Under the pieces are notes generated by a model. It searched no databases. It had not been told where the DNA came from and saw nothing but the letters and a program-made list of their open reading frames with translations. From a virus (lineage: Duplodnaviria; Caudoviricetes), in the IMG/VR virus record IMGVR_UViG_3300014656_006081, positions 1 through 39,806 of that record: a DNA stretch of 39,806 nucleotides. One strand, 5' to 3'. Positions within the stretch are counted from its first letter, which is position 1. Every line of letters begins with the position of its first letter. Shown piece by piece: positions 17,716 through 27,437 of this stretch. A program made the position numbers and the translations under genes.

Positions 17716-18242
17716 TGGCCTCGGTCTATTTGCAAACCAACACCCTGGATGTCGAGCGCATTGCCCAGCAATTCGCGGCGACCAAGACCCAGGTGGAAAA
17801 GGCCGCCCGGCGGGCCGTGCGCAAGCTGGTCCGCTGGGTGCAGTCGAGCTCCCTGCGCGAGGCCTCTCGCGACACCGGGATCAAGCGCAAGATCCTTGCC
17901 CATCGTCTGCGCATGAGCATGACGGGCGGCCAGTTTACAGCCCGGGTCTGGTATGGGCTGAATGCCATCCCGCTCTCCGCCTTGGAACCGAAGCAGACCG
18001 CGACCGGCGTCACTGCCGGGCCTGTCGAACGCCGCCATGCCTTCATCGTCCACCATGGGGCCAAGGGTCAGGTCTATCGCCGTGTGCATCGGGACCAGCG
18101 CCTGCCCCTGGCCGTGCAGTATGAAAACATCGCCGACGAGTTTCGGCGCGTCCTGCTGACGGACATCAACCCGCGTTTCGAGCGGATGTTTAGCAAGTAT
18201 TTCGAGCAGGAACTGCGCTGGGAAGTCCGGAGGGCCGCATGA
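17715..18242 (+). CDS. Minor tail protein Z-like
   Basis: AARRAV, VWYGLN, HAFI, RLPL, FEQELR. Confidence 0.8.
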   Translation: MASVYLQTNTLDVERIAQQFAATKTQVEKAARRAVRKLVRWVQSSSLREASRDTGIKRKILAHRLRMSMTGGQFTARVWYGLNAIPLSALEPKQTATGVTAGPVERRHAFIVHHGAKGQVYRRVHRDQRLPLAVQYENIADEFRRVLLTDINPRFERMFSKYFEQELRWEVRRAA

Positions 18243-18763
18243 TCGAGGCCGCTCGCGAAGGGATCGTCACCGCGTTGCGCGCGGGTTGCCCCGGCTTGCA
18301 GGATGTCCTGGATTATGGGCGTGAGACAACGCTCAATACCCCTGCGGCCGTCCTGAACCTTGCCCACCTCGAACCCGACGAAAACCCGGAGGACGGCTCC
18401 GGCAAGATCGCCCTGTGCTGCCGGTGGGAAGTCTTTTTGGTCGTGCCTGACCGGGCCAAATACGAGGGGCGGCTGCGCGAGCTGGCGGCAGCGGTCGGCA
18501 CCCTTGTGCATGGCCATCGCTTCGGGCTTGAGGCGCCACCCGCAAGGTTCATCCTGGCGGAGCCCAATGAGTTCGAACCCCATTTCAAAGGGGCCAAATG
18601 CTGGCGCGTTGAATTCGAGCAGGTCCTGCTGTTTGGCGAGTCTGTTTGGGAGGGCGACGGCGTGCTGCCCGAGCAACTCATGGTGTCTTACACGCCGCTG
18701 ATCGGTGCGGAACATGAGGCAGAGTACCAGGAGGTCACGGATGGAATCGTTCAACCACTCTGA
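18239..18763 (+). CDS. Tail completion/terminator-like protein
   Basis: TPAAVL, WRVEFEQ; synteny between gpZ and gpV. Confidence 0.65.
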   Translation: MIEAAREGIVTALRAGCPGLQDVLDYGRETTLNTPAAVLNLAHLEPDENPEDGSGKIALCCRWEVFLVVPDRAKYEGRLRELAAAVGTLVHGHRFGLEAPPARFILAEPNEFEPHFKGAKCWRVEFEQVLLFGESVWEGDGVLPEQLMVSYTPLIGAEHEAEYQEVTDGIVQPL

Positions 18764-19421
18764 TCTTGAGCGCCGCGTGGCCCGCCTGATCTGCTTCGGC
18801 ACGGTGGAGGAGGCGGACTATCCGGCGGCCCGGGTGCGTGTGCGCATGGGCAAGGCGCTCTCCGCCTGGTTGCCCTGGCTGACGCAACGCGCCGGGAATG
18901 ATCGCTCCTGGTGGGCACCGAACATCGGGGAGCAGGTGGTGGTTCTGTCCCCGTCCGGCGAATGCGCCCAGGGCGTGATTCTGGGCAGCATCTTCCAGAC
19001 GAAATATCCCGCACCAGCGGCTTCTCCGCATATCGACCGCCGCGTCTATTCCGATGGCGCGGTCATTGACTACGACACCGAGAGCCACAGGCTGCATGCC
19101 CTGATCCCGGGAGACGCCTTTGTGGAGGCCTCCGGCGACATCACCGCCCAGGCCGGGAAGAGCATCGACGTCCAGGCGGGGATGCGCGTCACCGTCAGCG
19201 CTCCCCTAATTGAATTGGACGCGGCGCTGATCCACCTGATCGGGGCCATCCAGACCGGCGGCCGGGGTGGCGAGACCCACCCGGTGGAACTGAACGGACC
19301 GGCCACCCAGACGGGCGGCGACTTCGTGAACGAAAATCACGACGTGAAGGCGTCCGGCATCTCCCTGACCGGCCATGTGCATGACTGCCCGCACGGTGGC
19401 GAGACGGGAGGCCCCAAATAA
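18741..19421 (+). CDS. Baseplate spike gpV
   Basis: WLPWLTQRAG, PNIGEQVVVL, C-terminal HVH metal-binding tip. Confidence 0.93.
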   Translation: MESFNHSDLERRVARLICFGTVEEADYPAARVRVRMGKALSAWLPWLTQRAGNDRSWWAPNIGEQVVVLSPSGECAQGVILGSIFQTKYPAPAASPHIDRRVYSDGAVIDYDTESHRLHALIPGDAFVEASGDITAQAGKSIDVQAGMRVTVSAPLIELDAALIHLIGAIQTGGRGGETHPVELNGPATQTGGDFVNENHDVKASGISLTGHVHDCPHGGETGGPK

Positions 19422-19756
19422 TGCGCGGCATGTGCGCCGAAAGCGGCAAGTCTTTGCAGGGCATTGAGCATCTGCGCCAGTCCATCCGGGATATCCTGAC
19501 CACCCCCCTCGGGTCGCGTGTCCACCGGCGGGAGTATGGCAGCCGCCTGCCCCGGCTGGTGGATGCCCCCTTGAACGATGGAACGCTCATCGAACTTTAC
19601 GCGGCCACGGCGGAGGCCATCGCCAGGTGGGAACCACGTTTTCGGCTCTCCAGTGTTGAGGCCGAACGCGGCGAGGCAGGGCGCGTCGTGCTTGCTCTGA
19701 CCGGCACCTATCTGCCCGAGGGCAAGGCCGTGACCATGGAGGGCATCATCCTGTGA
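19421..19756 (+). CDS. Baseplate wedge protein, GPW/gp25 family
   Basis: HLRQSIRDILTTPLGSRVHRREYGS, WEPR. Confidence 0.95.
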   Translation: MRGMCAESGKSLQGIEHLRQSIRDILTTPLGSRVHRREYGSRLPRLVDAPLNDGTLIELYAATAEAIARWEPRFRLSSVEAERGEAGRVVLALTGTYLPEGKAVTMEGIIL

Positions 19757-20640
19757 GCAGCTTTGAAAAGATCGATCTTTCCAGGCTTCCTGCGCCGTCG
19801 CTGATCGAAGAACTCAGCTTCGAGCAGATCCTGGCAGCAATCCTTGCCGACTATCTGGCGCGGGATCCGGACCACACCGCCCCGGTCGAGTCCGATCCGG
19901 CCTACAAGGTCCTTGAAACGGCGGCGCACCGTGAGCTGCTCCTGCGGCAGCGGGTGAACGAGGCGGCCTGTGCCGTCATGTTGGCCTACGCCTCGGGTGT
20001 GGATCTCGATAACCTGGCTGCCTTCGTGCCTCTGCAGCGTAAGCTTGTCGACCCCGGGGATCCGGACGCTTACCCGCCTGTCCTCCCAAGTTATGAAGGT
20101 GATGAGGATTTTCGCCGCCGCGTTCAGCTCGCGCCCGAGGGTTTCTCCGTGGCCGGGCCGGACGGTGCGTATATCTTTCATGCCCTGGTCGTGCCCGAGG
20201 TCAAGGACGCAGCCGTGTCCAGCCCGACGCCGGGCGAGGTCGTGGTGCATGTCCTTGGGCGCACTGGAGATGGCGTCCCGGAGGCGGACGTCCTGGCCGC
20301 CGTGCAGTTGGTGCTCTCGGCATCCGAGACGCGGCCCCTGACCGATCATGTGACGGTCCTGGCGGCGCAGGCCGTCAACTACAGCGTGCAGGCCCGGTTG
20401 CATGTGCGCTCCGGACCGAGCACCGAGGCCGTGCAGGCGACCGCGCTGAACGCCATGACCGCCCTGGCGAGTGAGCGGCACGTGCTGGGAGCGGGGATGC
20501 CGCTGTCCGCCGTTTACGCCGCGTTGCATGTCGAGGGGGTGGCCCGTGTGGAGCTGACCTCGCCCGCCGTGGACGTGAGTTGTGAGCCGCATCAGGCGGC
20601 GTATTGCACGGGCATCGTCCTGGAGGTGGCCGGTGTCTAA
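19753..20640 (+). CDS. Baseplate protein gpJ
   Basis: IDLSRLPAP, ESDP, FSVAGPDGAY, RPLTD. Confidence 0.95.
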   Translation: MSSFEKIDLSRLPAPSLIEELSFEQILAAILADYLARDPDHTAPVESDPAYKVLETAAHRELLLRQRVNEAACAVMLAYASGVDLDNLAAFVPLQRKLVDPGDPDAYPPVLPSYEGDEDFRRRVQLAPEGFSVAGPDGAYIFHALVVPEVKDAAVSSPTPGEVVVHVLGRTGDGVPEADVLAAVQLVLSASETRPLTDHVTVLAAQAVNYSVQARLHVRSGPSTEAVQATALNAMTALASERHVLGAGMPLSAVYAALHVEGVARVELTSPAVDVSCEPHQAAYCTGIVLEVAGV

Positions 20641-21256
20641 TCACCTGCTGCCTCCGAATTCCACCCCACGGGAGCGGGCGCTTTCCGAGGCCTGTTCCCG
20701 CCTCTCTGCGGTGCCGGTGCCGATTCGCTCTCTCTGGAATTCGGCCACCTGTCCTGAACCCTTGTTGCCCTGGCTGGCCTGGGCGCTGTCCGTGGATGAA
20801 TGGGACGTCACCTGGTCCGGGAAACAGAAGCGGGCCACCATCGCCGCCGCCGTGGCCGTGCATCGCATCAAGGGCACGCGCGGGGCTCTGAACCGCGCGA
20901 TCTCAGCGTTGGGCTACAGCGTCCGCGTGACCGAGTGGTTCGAGGCCGAACCGACCGGGGAGCCTTTCACTTTCCGCCTGACCATCGAGGTCGATGACCG
21001 GGGCATCGATGATGCCTTGCTCAAGTCCCTGGAGCGGGTGGTCAACAAGGCGAAAAACACCCGTTCACATCTGGCGGGCATTACCGTGGCCGCGCGCGTG
21101 GCTGGGACGCTCTTTGTGGGCGGTACGGCCTTGAGCGGCGACATTGTGACCGTGAGCCCCTGGGCCATTGGCGAACGCCAGTGCAGCGGCAAGCCCTGTT
21201 TTGCCCTGGCGACGGTTGGCTATGATTCCGTGACCATCAACCCCCTGGGGGCATAA
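20633..21256 (+). CDS. Tail protein gpI
   Basis: LLPPNST, LLPWLAWALSVDEW, HRIKGT. Confidence 0.93.
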   Translation: MSNHLLPPNSTPRERALSEACSRLSAVPVPIRSLWNSATCPEPLLPWLAWALSVDEWDVTWSGKQKRATIAAAVAVHRIKGTRGALNRAISALGYSVRVTEWFEAEPTGEPFTFRLTIEVDDRGIDDALLKSLERVVNKAKNTRSHLAGITVAARVAGTLFVGGTALSGDIVTVSPWAIGERQCSGKPCFALATVGYDSVTINPLGA

Positions 21257-22239
21257 TGGCTGATTTCTTTACTGTTTTGACAAAAGTTGGCGCGGCGGCG
21301 GTGGCGAATGCAACCGCCCTTGGAACATCGATCAATCTCGCTGAAATGGCCCTTGGCGACGGCGGCGGGGTGGCGATGACCCCCACAGCGGAAATGACGG
21401 CCCTGGTTCGCGAGGTCTACCGAGCGGACATCAACAATATCGCCGTTGAGATTGAAAGCCCGAGCATCATGCGGGTGGAATTGATCGTGCCCACCACGGT
21501 GGGCGGTTGGACCGCCCGCGAGGTGGGCGTGTTCGACGACACGGGCAAGCTCTTTGCCGTGGGCAACTTCCCCGACACCTACAAGCCCCAGCTTTCCGAG
21601 GGTTCGGCCCGCGAGTTGAAGGTCGTGGTCCTGTTGGAAGTGACCGCAAGCGGCGTCGTCAACCTGAGTGTTGACCCCACCATCGTACTGGCGACGAGCA
21701 AGTACGTGGACGCCGCCATCGCGGCCCTTGTGCAGCAAATGGCGGCCATGGCTGCCACGGTCCAGGGCAGCCTGACCGAACTGACCCCGGAAGATATCGG
21801 AGCCGCTCCCGCCAACCATACTCATCCGCCGGACACCCCCGCAGGAACCGTCGTTGCCATTGCGGGCACCGACGTGCCCAGCAGCTGGCTGGAGTGCAAT
21901 GGCGCAAGCCTGTCCACCACGACCTATGCCACCCTGCACGCCATTATCGGGACCGTCTTCGGTTCTGGAACCGGCACCTTCAAGCTGCCCGACCTGCGCG
22001 GCGAGTTCGTGCGTGGTTGGGACCATAGCCGGGGGGTTGATTCTGGTCGTGTGTTCGGCAGTGCCCAGACGGACGCTTTCAAGAGTCACAGTCATTCCGC
22101 CGCCGCCGTTGATACATCACATCCAGCTAACGTGAATGAAGGTGCTGGCTACGGGGCCAAATCAGGCAGCACTGGCGCTGCTGGTGGCACGGAAACCCGC
22201 CCGCGCAACGTGGCCCTGATGTTCATCATCAAATACTAG
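21256..22239 (+). CDS. Short tail fibre (gpH-like N-terminus plus collar domain)
   Basis: VGGWTAREVGVF, YKPQLSEGS, FKLPDLRGEFVRGWD, ETRPRNVA. Confidence 0.9.
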   Translation: MADFFTVLTKVGAAAVANATALGTSINLAEMALGDGGGVAMTPTAEMTALVREVYRADINNIAVEIESPSIMRVELIVPTTVGGWTAREVGVFDDTGKLFAVGNFPDTYKPQLSEGSARELKVVVLLEVTASGVVNLSVDPTIVLATSKYVDAAIAALVQQMAAMAATVQGSLTELTPEDIGAAPANHTHPPDTPAGTVVAIAGTDVPSSWLECNGASLSTTTYATLHAIIGTVFGSGTGTFKLPDLRGEFVRGWDHSRGVDSGRVFGSAQTDAFKSHSHSAAAVDTSHPANVNEGAGYGAKSGSTGAAGGTETRPRNVALMFIIKY

Positions 22240-22249
22240 GGGGAACCCA

Positions 22250-22855
22250 ATGCAGATCTATAATTTCCACCCCGGCACCGGCGAATATCTGGGCAGCGGG
22301 ATCGCCCGCCCTGACCCCCTGGAAGACGGGCGCTTTCTGATCCCTGCCCACGCCGCCGAGGTCGCACCACTAGAGCCGGGCCAAGGCCAGGCCGTTGTCT
22401 GGACGGGCGAGGGCTGGGACCTGGTGGAGGACCACCGGGGCGAGGTCCATTATTCCACGGCAACTGGCGAGCCGCTGATCATCGAGGAGCTGGGGGCGCT
22501 CCCCGCCGGGCTGACCGGCACCGCGCCCGGCGATTTCCAGAATTGGGACGCCGCTGCAGGGGCCTGGGCTGATGATGTGCAGGCCCTGACCGCTCTGTAT
22601 GCAACAGCCCTTCGTGCCGAACGCGATCGCCGCGTGCGCGAGGTCTACGACGCCGCTGTGATGCAGCTGCTGCGCGAGCGCCGCAGGGCCGTTGCGGCGG
22701 GGGCGGACCTGACGGCCATCGATGCGCTGATTGCCGAATGGGACGTGTTTGTCGACGAGCTTTGCAGTCTGCCGGAGCAATCCGGATTCCCCTGGCAAGG
22801 GCCCAATGATTTGGCCGTGCCCTGGCCTGAACCCCCTGCGACCAGAACCGCATAA
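22250..22855 (+). CDS. Tail fibre assembly protein
   Basis: IYNFHPGTGEYLG, IPAHA, WDLVEDHRG, LPEQSGFP, WPEPP. Confidence 0.85.
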   Translation: MQIYNFHPGTGEYLGSGIARPDPLEDGRFLIPAHAAEVAPLEPGQGQAVVWTGEGWDLVEDHRGEVHYSTATGEPLIIEELGALPAGLTGTAPGDFQNWDAAAGAWADDVQALTALYATALRAERDRRVREVYDAAVMQLLRERRRAVAAGADLTAIDALIAEWDVFVDELCSLPEQSGFPWQGPNDLAVPWPEPPATRTA

Positions 22856-22867
22856 AGGAGGACCCTG

Positions 22868-24076
22868 ATGTCTGAACTGTTTCTGCACGGCGTGGAGATC
22901 CTTGAGATCGATTCGGGACCGCGCCCCATCAAGACCGTCCGCTCGGCGACCATCGGCATTGTGGGCACGGCTCCGGATGCGGATGCCGCGGCCTTTCCCC
23001 TGAACACGCCTGTGCTCATCGCGGGCAATCGCCGCGAGGCAGCCAAGCTGGACATGGTGGGCGATGGCAAGGGCACGCTGCCCGCTGCCCTGGATGGGAT
23101 CTTCGACCATTGCGGGGCCGTTGTCGTCGTGATCCGCGTGGCCGAAGGGGCGGACGAGGCCGCCACCCTGACCAACGTCATCGGTGGCGTGGACGCGGCA
23201 ACGGGCCAGTATGAGGGCGTGCATGCGCTGCTGGCCTGCAAGTCCGTGCTCGGGTTTATGCCGCGCCTGCTCATCGCGCCTGGCTTCTCGCATCAGCGCC
23301 ATGAGGATGCGGAGAACCCCGGCACCTACCTCAAGAACCCCGTGGTGGCCGAACTGGAAGGCATCGCCAACCGCCTGCGTGCGGTGATCATCGTTGATGG
23401 TCCGAACTCCAACGATGCGGCCGCCATCAACGCCATCGGTGATTACGGCACGGCCCGTGTCTACATGGTGGATCCGTGGGTCAAGGTCTTCCGCGATGGC
23501 GTGTACGTCACCGAACCGGCGTCGCCCCGCGTGGCCGGGTTGATCGCCCTGATCGACAACGAGAAGGGCTTCTGGTGGTCGCCGTCCAATCAGCAGGTGC
23601 TTGGCATCTCCGGCACCGCGCGCCCGGTTGATTTTACCCTGGGTGATTCGTCCTGCCGGGCCAACCTGCTGAACGAGAAGAATGTGGCCACCATCATCAA
23701 CGAGGATGGCTACCGCCTGTGGGGCAACCGCACCGCGTCGTCCGATCCCAAGTGGGCCTTTCTGTCCGTGCGCCGCATCGCCGACATGATCAACGAGTCC
23801 ATCCTGCAGGCGCATCTGTGGGCCGTCGATCGCAACATCACCAAGACCTATGTCCAGGACGTCATCGAGGGGGTCAACGCCTACCTTCGGCACCTCACCG
23901 CTGTGGGCGCGATCCTGGGTGGAACGTGTTGGGCGGATCCTGAGCTCAATACCTCGGACCAAACGACGCAGGGCAAGGTCTATTTCGATTTCGACTTCTC
24001 CACCCCGTACCCGGCTGAACACGTCACCTTCAGGTCGCACCTGGTGGATGACTATATCGAGGAGGTCTTCAAATAA
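22868..24076 (+). CDS. Tail sheath protein (P2 FI-like)
   Basis: FLHGVE, FPLNTPVL, GFWWSPSN, GYRLWGNRT. Confidence 0.95.
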   Translation: MSELFLHGVEILEIDSGPRPIKTVRSATIGIVGTAPDADAAAFPLNTPVLIAGNRREAAKLDMVGDGKGTLPAALDGIFDHCGAVVVVIRVAEGADEAATLTNVIGGVDAATGQYEGVHALLACKSVLGFMPRLLIAPGFSHQRHEDAENPGTYLKNPVVAELEGIANRLRAVIIVDGPNSNDAAAINAIGDYGTARVYMVDPWVKVFRDGVYVTEPASPRVAGLIALIDNEKGFWWSPSNQQVLGISGTARPVDFTLGDSSCRANLLNEKNVATIINEDGYRLWGNRTASSDPKWAFLSVRRIADMINESILQAHLWAVDRNITKTYVQDVIEGVNAYLRHLTAVGAILGGTCWADPELNTSDQTTQGKVYFDFDFSTPYPAEHVTFRSHLVDDYIEEVFK

Positions 24077-24585
24077 TGTCCGCCGCTGATCACATTCTGA
24101 AAAACTTTGCGCTGTTCGTGGACGGTCGTGGCTACGTCGGCAACTGCGATGAGCTGCAGCCGCCCAGCCTGGCCCTGGTGACCGAGGACTATCGCGCCGG
24201 GGGCATGGACGCGCCCATTTCCCTGGATATGGGCATGGAGAAGCTGGAGTGCTCGTTCACCGTGTCCAAGCAGTGCGAACATCTGCTGGGGCAGTTCGGC
24301 GTATCCGCGAACAACGGCGTGCAGCTGACTGCCCGTGGGGCGCTCGAGAGCTTGGACGGCACCGTCATCCCCGTGGCCCTGAACATGCGCGGCACGGTCG
24401 TGAAGATCGAGCTTGGATCCTGGAAGCCGGGCGAGAAGTCCACACTCTCCGTGACCGTGTCCCTGACTTATTACAAGCGCGAACAGAACGGCAGCGTCCT
24501 GCACGAGATCGATGTGCTGAACATGAAGCGGATCATCGGCGGCACGGATCGCCTGGCCGCGATTCGCGATGCCTGCGGCATCTAA
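24076..24585 (+). CDS. Tail tube protein (P2 FII-like)
   Basis: LKNFALFVDG, YRAGGMD, WKPGE, YYK, EIDVLN. Confidence 0.95.
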   Translation: MSAADHILKNFALFVDGRGYVGNCDELQPPSLALVTEDYRAGGMDAPISLDMGMEKLECSFTVSKQCEHLLGQFGVSANNGVQLTARGALESLDGTVIPVALNMRGTVVKIELGSWKPGEKSTLSVTVSLTYYKREQNGSVLHEIDVLNMKRIIGGTDRLAAIRDACGI

Positions 24586-24606
24586 CCCTGAAAGGAGCAC
24601 GACAAG

Positions 24607-24846
24607 ATGGAAAAGATCACTCTTGAATATCCGGTGGAGAACAATGGCAAGAACTACAGCGAACTGTCCATGCGGCGGCCTGTGCTCCGGGACATGCTGG
24701 TTGCCGAGAAGAAGGGCGGCAGTGACCTGCAGAAGGAGTCCGTCACCTTCTCCAACCTCTGCGAGGTGACCCCCGAGGTCATCCAGGCCTTGGACATGAA
24801 GGACTACAAGAAACTGCAGGCGGTCTACACGGGTTTTTTGTCATAG
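24607..24846 (+). CDS. Tail assembly chaperone gpE
   Basis: ITLEYP, LSMRRP, LDMKDY; ends at a slippery T-run. Confidence 0.88.
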   Translation: MEKITLEYPVENNGKNYSELSMRRPVLRDMLVAEKKGGSDLQKESVTFSNLCEVTPEVIQALDMKDYKKLQAVYTGFLS

Positions 24847-24974
24847 ACGAGGAGACGGCCCGGCGCGGCATGTTGGCCCTGGCCTATTACACGGGCTGGA
24901 GCCGGGCCGAACTCCTGGCGCTGGACGTTGAGGAGTTCCTGATCTGGATCTCGCACCTTCCCCGGAGCAAGTAA
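24837..24974 (+). CDS. gpE' extension reached by -1 frameshift
   Basis: TTTTTTG at 24834-24840; -1 frame reads FVIDEETARRGMLALAYYTGWSRAELLALDVEEFLIWISHLPRSK and stops right before the tape measure start. Confidence 0.85.
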   Translation, partial: FVIDEETARRGMLALAYYTGWSRAELLALDVEEFLIWISHLPRSK

Positions 24975-26834
24975 GTGACCAAGCAGCGATTATCCGCAGT
25001 CGTCGAATTCGGGGCCGCCGTGGGCAGTTCCTTCAGCACGGCGACCAAGGCCGTACAGGGTGATTTGTCCGGCATCAGCTCTGCCTTTCAGGACATCAAG
25101 GCCAAGCAGGACAAGCTGCACAAGTTCGCCGGGTTCGACATGAAGGCCTTGGGCCGGGCCAAGCGCGAGATGGTTGAGTCGCGCGGGGAGGCCCAGCGCC
25201 TTGGTGAGCAGCTTGCCCAGACCGCCAACCCCAACAGAAAGCTGCGGGCCGAATTCGAGCGGGCGCAGCGCAAGGCGGACAAGACCGCCAAGGCCTACGG
25301 CCGCCAGAAGGGCCAGCTCTCCATCCTCAATCACGAGTTGAAGAAGGCCGGGGTCAATACCCATGACCTCGAGGGCGAATTCGACCGCCTGTCGGAGGGG
25401 GTCGCCAAGGCCGAGCGGCGCATGAAGGCCTTCCAGGGCGTGGTGCGTGCCGACGTGGGTGGCAGCTTCCGGAACATGGCCGGGCACGCCGCGCGCTTCA
25501 CCGCCGTTGTCGGCGCAAGCGTCGGCGCGGTGGGTGCGGCGGTGACCATGACCAACAAGATGACGGGGGAGCAGACCGCCCTGGCGCAGTCCCTGAACGT
25601 CTCCGCCGATGGTTTGGCGGCCTGGGGTGGCTTGGCCAAGGAGATGGGCTTCGAGGTCGACAACGTCGGCGACTTGATGGAGGAGCTGAACAACAAGATT
25701 GGCGAATCCGCAGGGCTCGAGGAGATCACGGCGGTCACCGAAAGCCTGCAGATCCTCGGCCTGACCTTTGAGGAGTTGCAGAACCTCTCCCCGGAGGAAC
25801 AATTCCGGCGTGTGGCCGAGGCCGTCAAGGAGTTGGACGACCACCAGGCCGCTGTTTCCGCCGCCGATATCCTCATGGGTGGCGAGGCGAACAAATTCTT
25901 CGGCTATCTGCGCAGCCGCAAGGAGGGCGTGGACGAGCTGCTTGCCCAGCAGAAGCAGCTCAACGTCCTGTCCGACGAAGGGCGGGCCGGGGCGCAGAAG
26001 TACAATGTGGCCTTTGCCAAGTTCTCCACGGTCATTGCCTCCACCACGCAGGAGATCTCCGGGTTGATTGGCGGGGCGCTGGCCCCGGTGATTGAGGAAT
26101 GGGGGCCGAAGCTGGCGGATTGGGTGCGCGAGAACCGGAGCGCCTTCTCCGAGATCGGGACCACGGTCAAGGAGCTGGTGCCCGCTGTCGTGTCCTTCGG
26201 CAGTGGCCTGGCCTCCGTCTTCAGGACCGTGGGCACGGTCATCTCCTGGACCGCAGGGATGCTTGGCGGCTTCGACAACCTGGCCATTGCCGTGGCCGTG
26301 ACCCTGGGCGCAAAGACCATGCTCAGCGTCGTGCAGTTCGGGCAGTCGCTTTGGGCGGCGGGGGCGGCCCTGCAACCGATCATCGCCATGGCGTTGCCCG
26401 GGCTTGTGGCGGGCATCAAGGCTGTGGGCATCGCCTTTGCCTCCAACCCCATCGGTCTGGTCCTCACCGGCATCACGCTGGCTGTGGTCCGGCTGATCAC
26501 CATCTGGGACGATTTGAAGAAGTCGTTTGCGGAGGGTGGGTTCCTTGGGGCGGTGGGGCGCTACTTCGATTTCTTTGGGGGCGATGAGGCGGCCAAGACC
26601 CCCGGCCCCGGGGGTGCTGCCGGTGGCGGTGGGGTTTCCGTCCCGGCCATGGCGGGTGCGCTCTCCATCCCTGATCTTCCTTCCATGTCCGGCGGTGCGC
26701 AGATCACGCAGCGTGTCGAGGGCATCCACGTGTATGCCGCGCCCGGGCAGTCTGCCGACGAGATTGCCGATGCGGTCATGCGCAAACTCGACGAGCGCAC
26801 GCGCGATGCCCGGCGTGGCGCTCTCTATGACTAA
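24975..26834 (+). CDS. Tape measure protein (short, 619 aa)
   Basis: Ala/Gly-rich helical protein, NPIGLV, position between gpE and gpU. Confidence 0.88.
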   Translation: MTKQRLSAVVEFGAAVGSSFSTATKAVQGDLSGISSAFQDIKAKQDKLHKFAGFDMKALGRAKREMVESRGEAQRLGEQLAQTANPNRKLRAEFERAQRKADKTAKAYGRQKGQLSILNHELKKAGVNTHDLEGEFDRLSEGVAKAERRMKAFQGVVRADVGGSFRNMAGHAARFTAVVGASVGAVGAAVTMTNKMTGEQTALAQSLNVSADGLAAWGGLAKEMGFEVDNVGDLMEELNNKIGESAGLEEITAVTESLQILGLTFEELQNLSPEEQFRRVAEAVKELDDHQAAVSAADILMGGEANKFFGYLRSRKEGVDELLAQQKQLNVLSDEGRAGAQKYNVAFAKFSTVIASTTQEISGLIGGALAPVIEEWGPKLADWVRENRSAFSEIGTTVKELVPAVVSFGSGLASVFRTVGTVISWTAGMLGGFDNLAIAVAVTLGAKTMLSVVQFGQSLWAAGAALQPIIAMALPGLVAGIKAVGIAFASNPIGLVLTGITLAVVRLITIWDDLKKSFAEGGFLGAVGRYFDFFGGDEAAKTPGPGGAAGGGGVSVPAMAGALSIPDLPSMSGGAQITQRVEGIHVYAAPGQSADEIADAVMRKLDERTRDARRGALYD

Positions 26835-26837
26835 CCT

Positions 26838-27227
26838 ATGCCAAAAATCATGATGAAGCTCGGGCGGTATGCCTTCTCCCTGAACACCGCCGCGTATCAG
26901 GAGCTGCAGCGCTCTGGCGCCTATCGCTGGGCCGCCCAGGAGCGCCATGGCCAGCACGCTGCCTTGCAGTATCTTGGGCCGGGTGAGGACTCCCTCTCTC
27001 TGTCCGGTGTGATCTATCCGCAGTTTGCGGGTGCGGTTGACCAGGTGGAGGACATGCGCGCGGAGGCCGCTCAGGGCGAGCCGCTGTTGTTGGTGGATGG
27101 CCTGGGGAGGATCCACGGCAAGTGGGCGATCCTGATGGTCACCGAGACGCAGCGCGTGTTCTTTGCCGATGGCGTGCCGCGCAAGATCGAATTTTCCCTC
27201 AAGCTTCGTTACTTCGGGGAGGCCTAA
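26838..27227 (+). CDS. Tail protein gpU
   Basis: MMKLG, QYLGPG, GKWAI, PRKIEFSL. Confidence 0.93.
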   Translation: MPKIMMKLGRYAFSLNTAAYQELQRSGAYRWAAQERHGQHAALQYLGPGEDSLSLSGVIYPQFAGAVDQVEDMRAEAAQGEPLLLVDGLGRIHGKWAILMVTETQRVFFADGVPRKIEFSLKLRYFGEA

Positions 27228-27434
27228 ATGCTCCGCTATCGCAGCAAGGACGGCGACATGATCGACGACATCTGCCACCGCCACTATGGCCGGACAGACG
27301 GCACGGTCGAGGCCGTGTTGAAGGCCAACCTGGGGCTGGCGGACCTGGGGCCGGTGCTTGGGGCCGGGGTGGTCATCAACCTACCTGACCTGCCCGATCC
27401 GGAGCCGGAGACGGGCATTAGCCTTTGGGATTAG
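27228..27434 (+). CDS. Tail protein gpX
   Basis: GDMIDDICHRHYG, ANLGLA, LWD. Confidence 0.93.
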   Translation: MLRYRSKDGDMIDDICHRHYGRTDGTVEAVLKANLGLADLGPVLGAGVVINLPDLPDPEPETGISLWD

Positions 27435-27437
27435 GCG

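Noticed and set aside
21256-22855. Diversity-generating retroelement or invertible tail fibre cassette
   Set aside because: No reverse transcriptase, template repeat, invertase or alternative fibre end
24990-27284. Long antisense ORFs over phage genes (also 3638-5251, 5923-7647, 11326-13185, 14697-16004, 22370-24040)
   Set aside because: Shadow ORFs expected from high-GC codon bias; no motifs, and the sense strand encodes recognisable phage proteins
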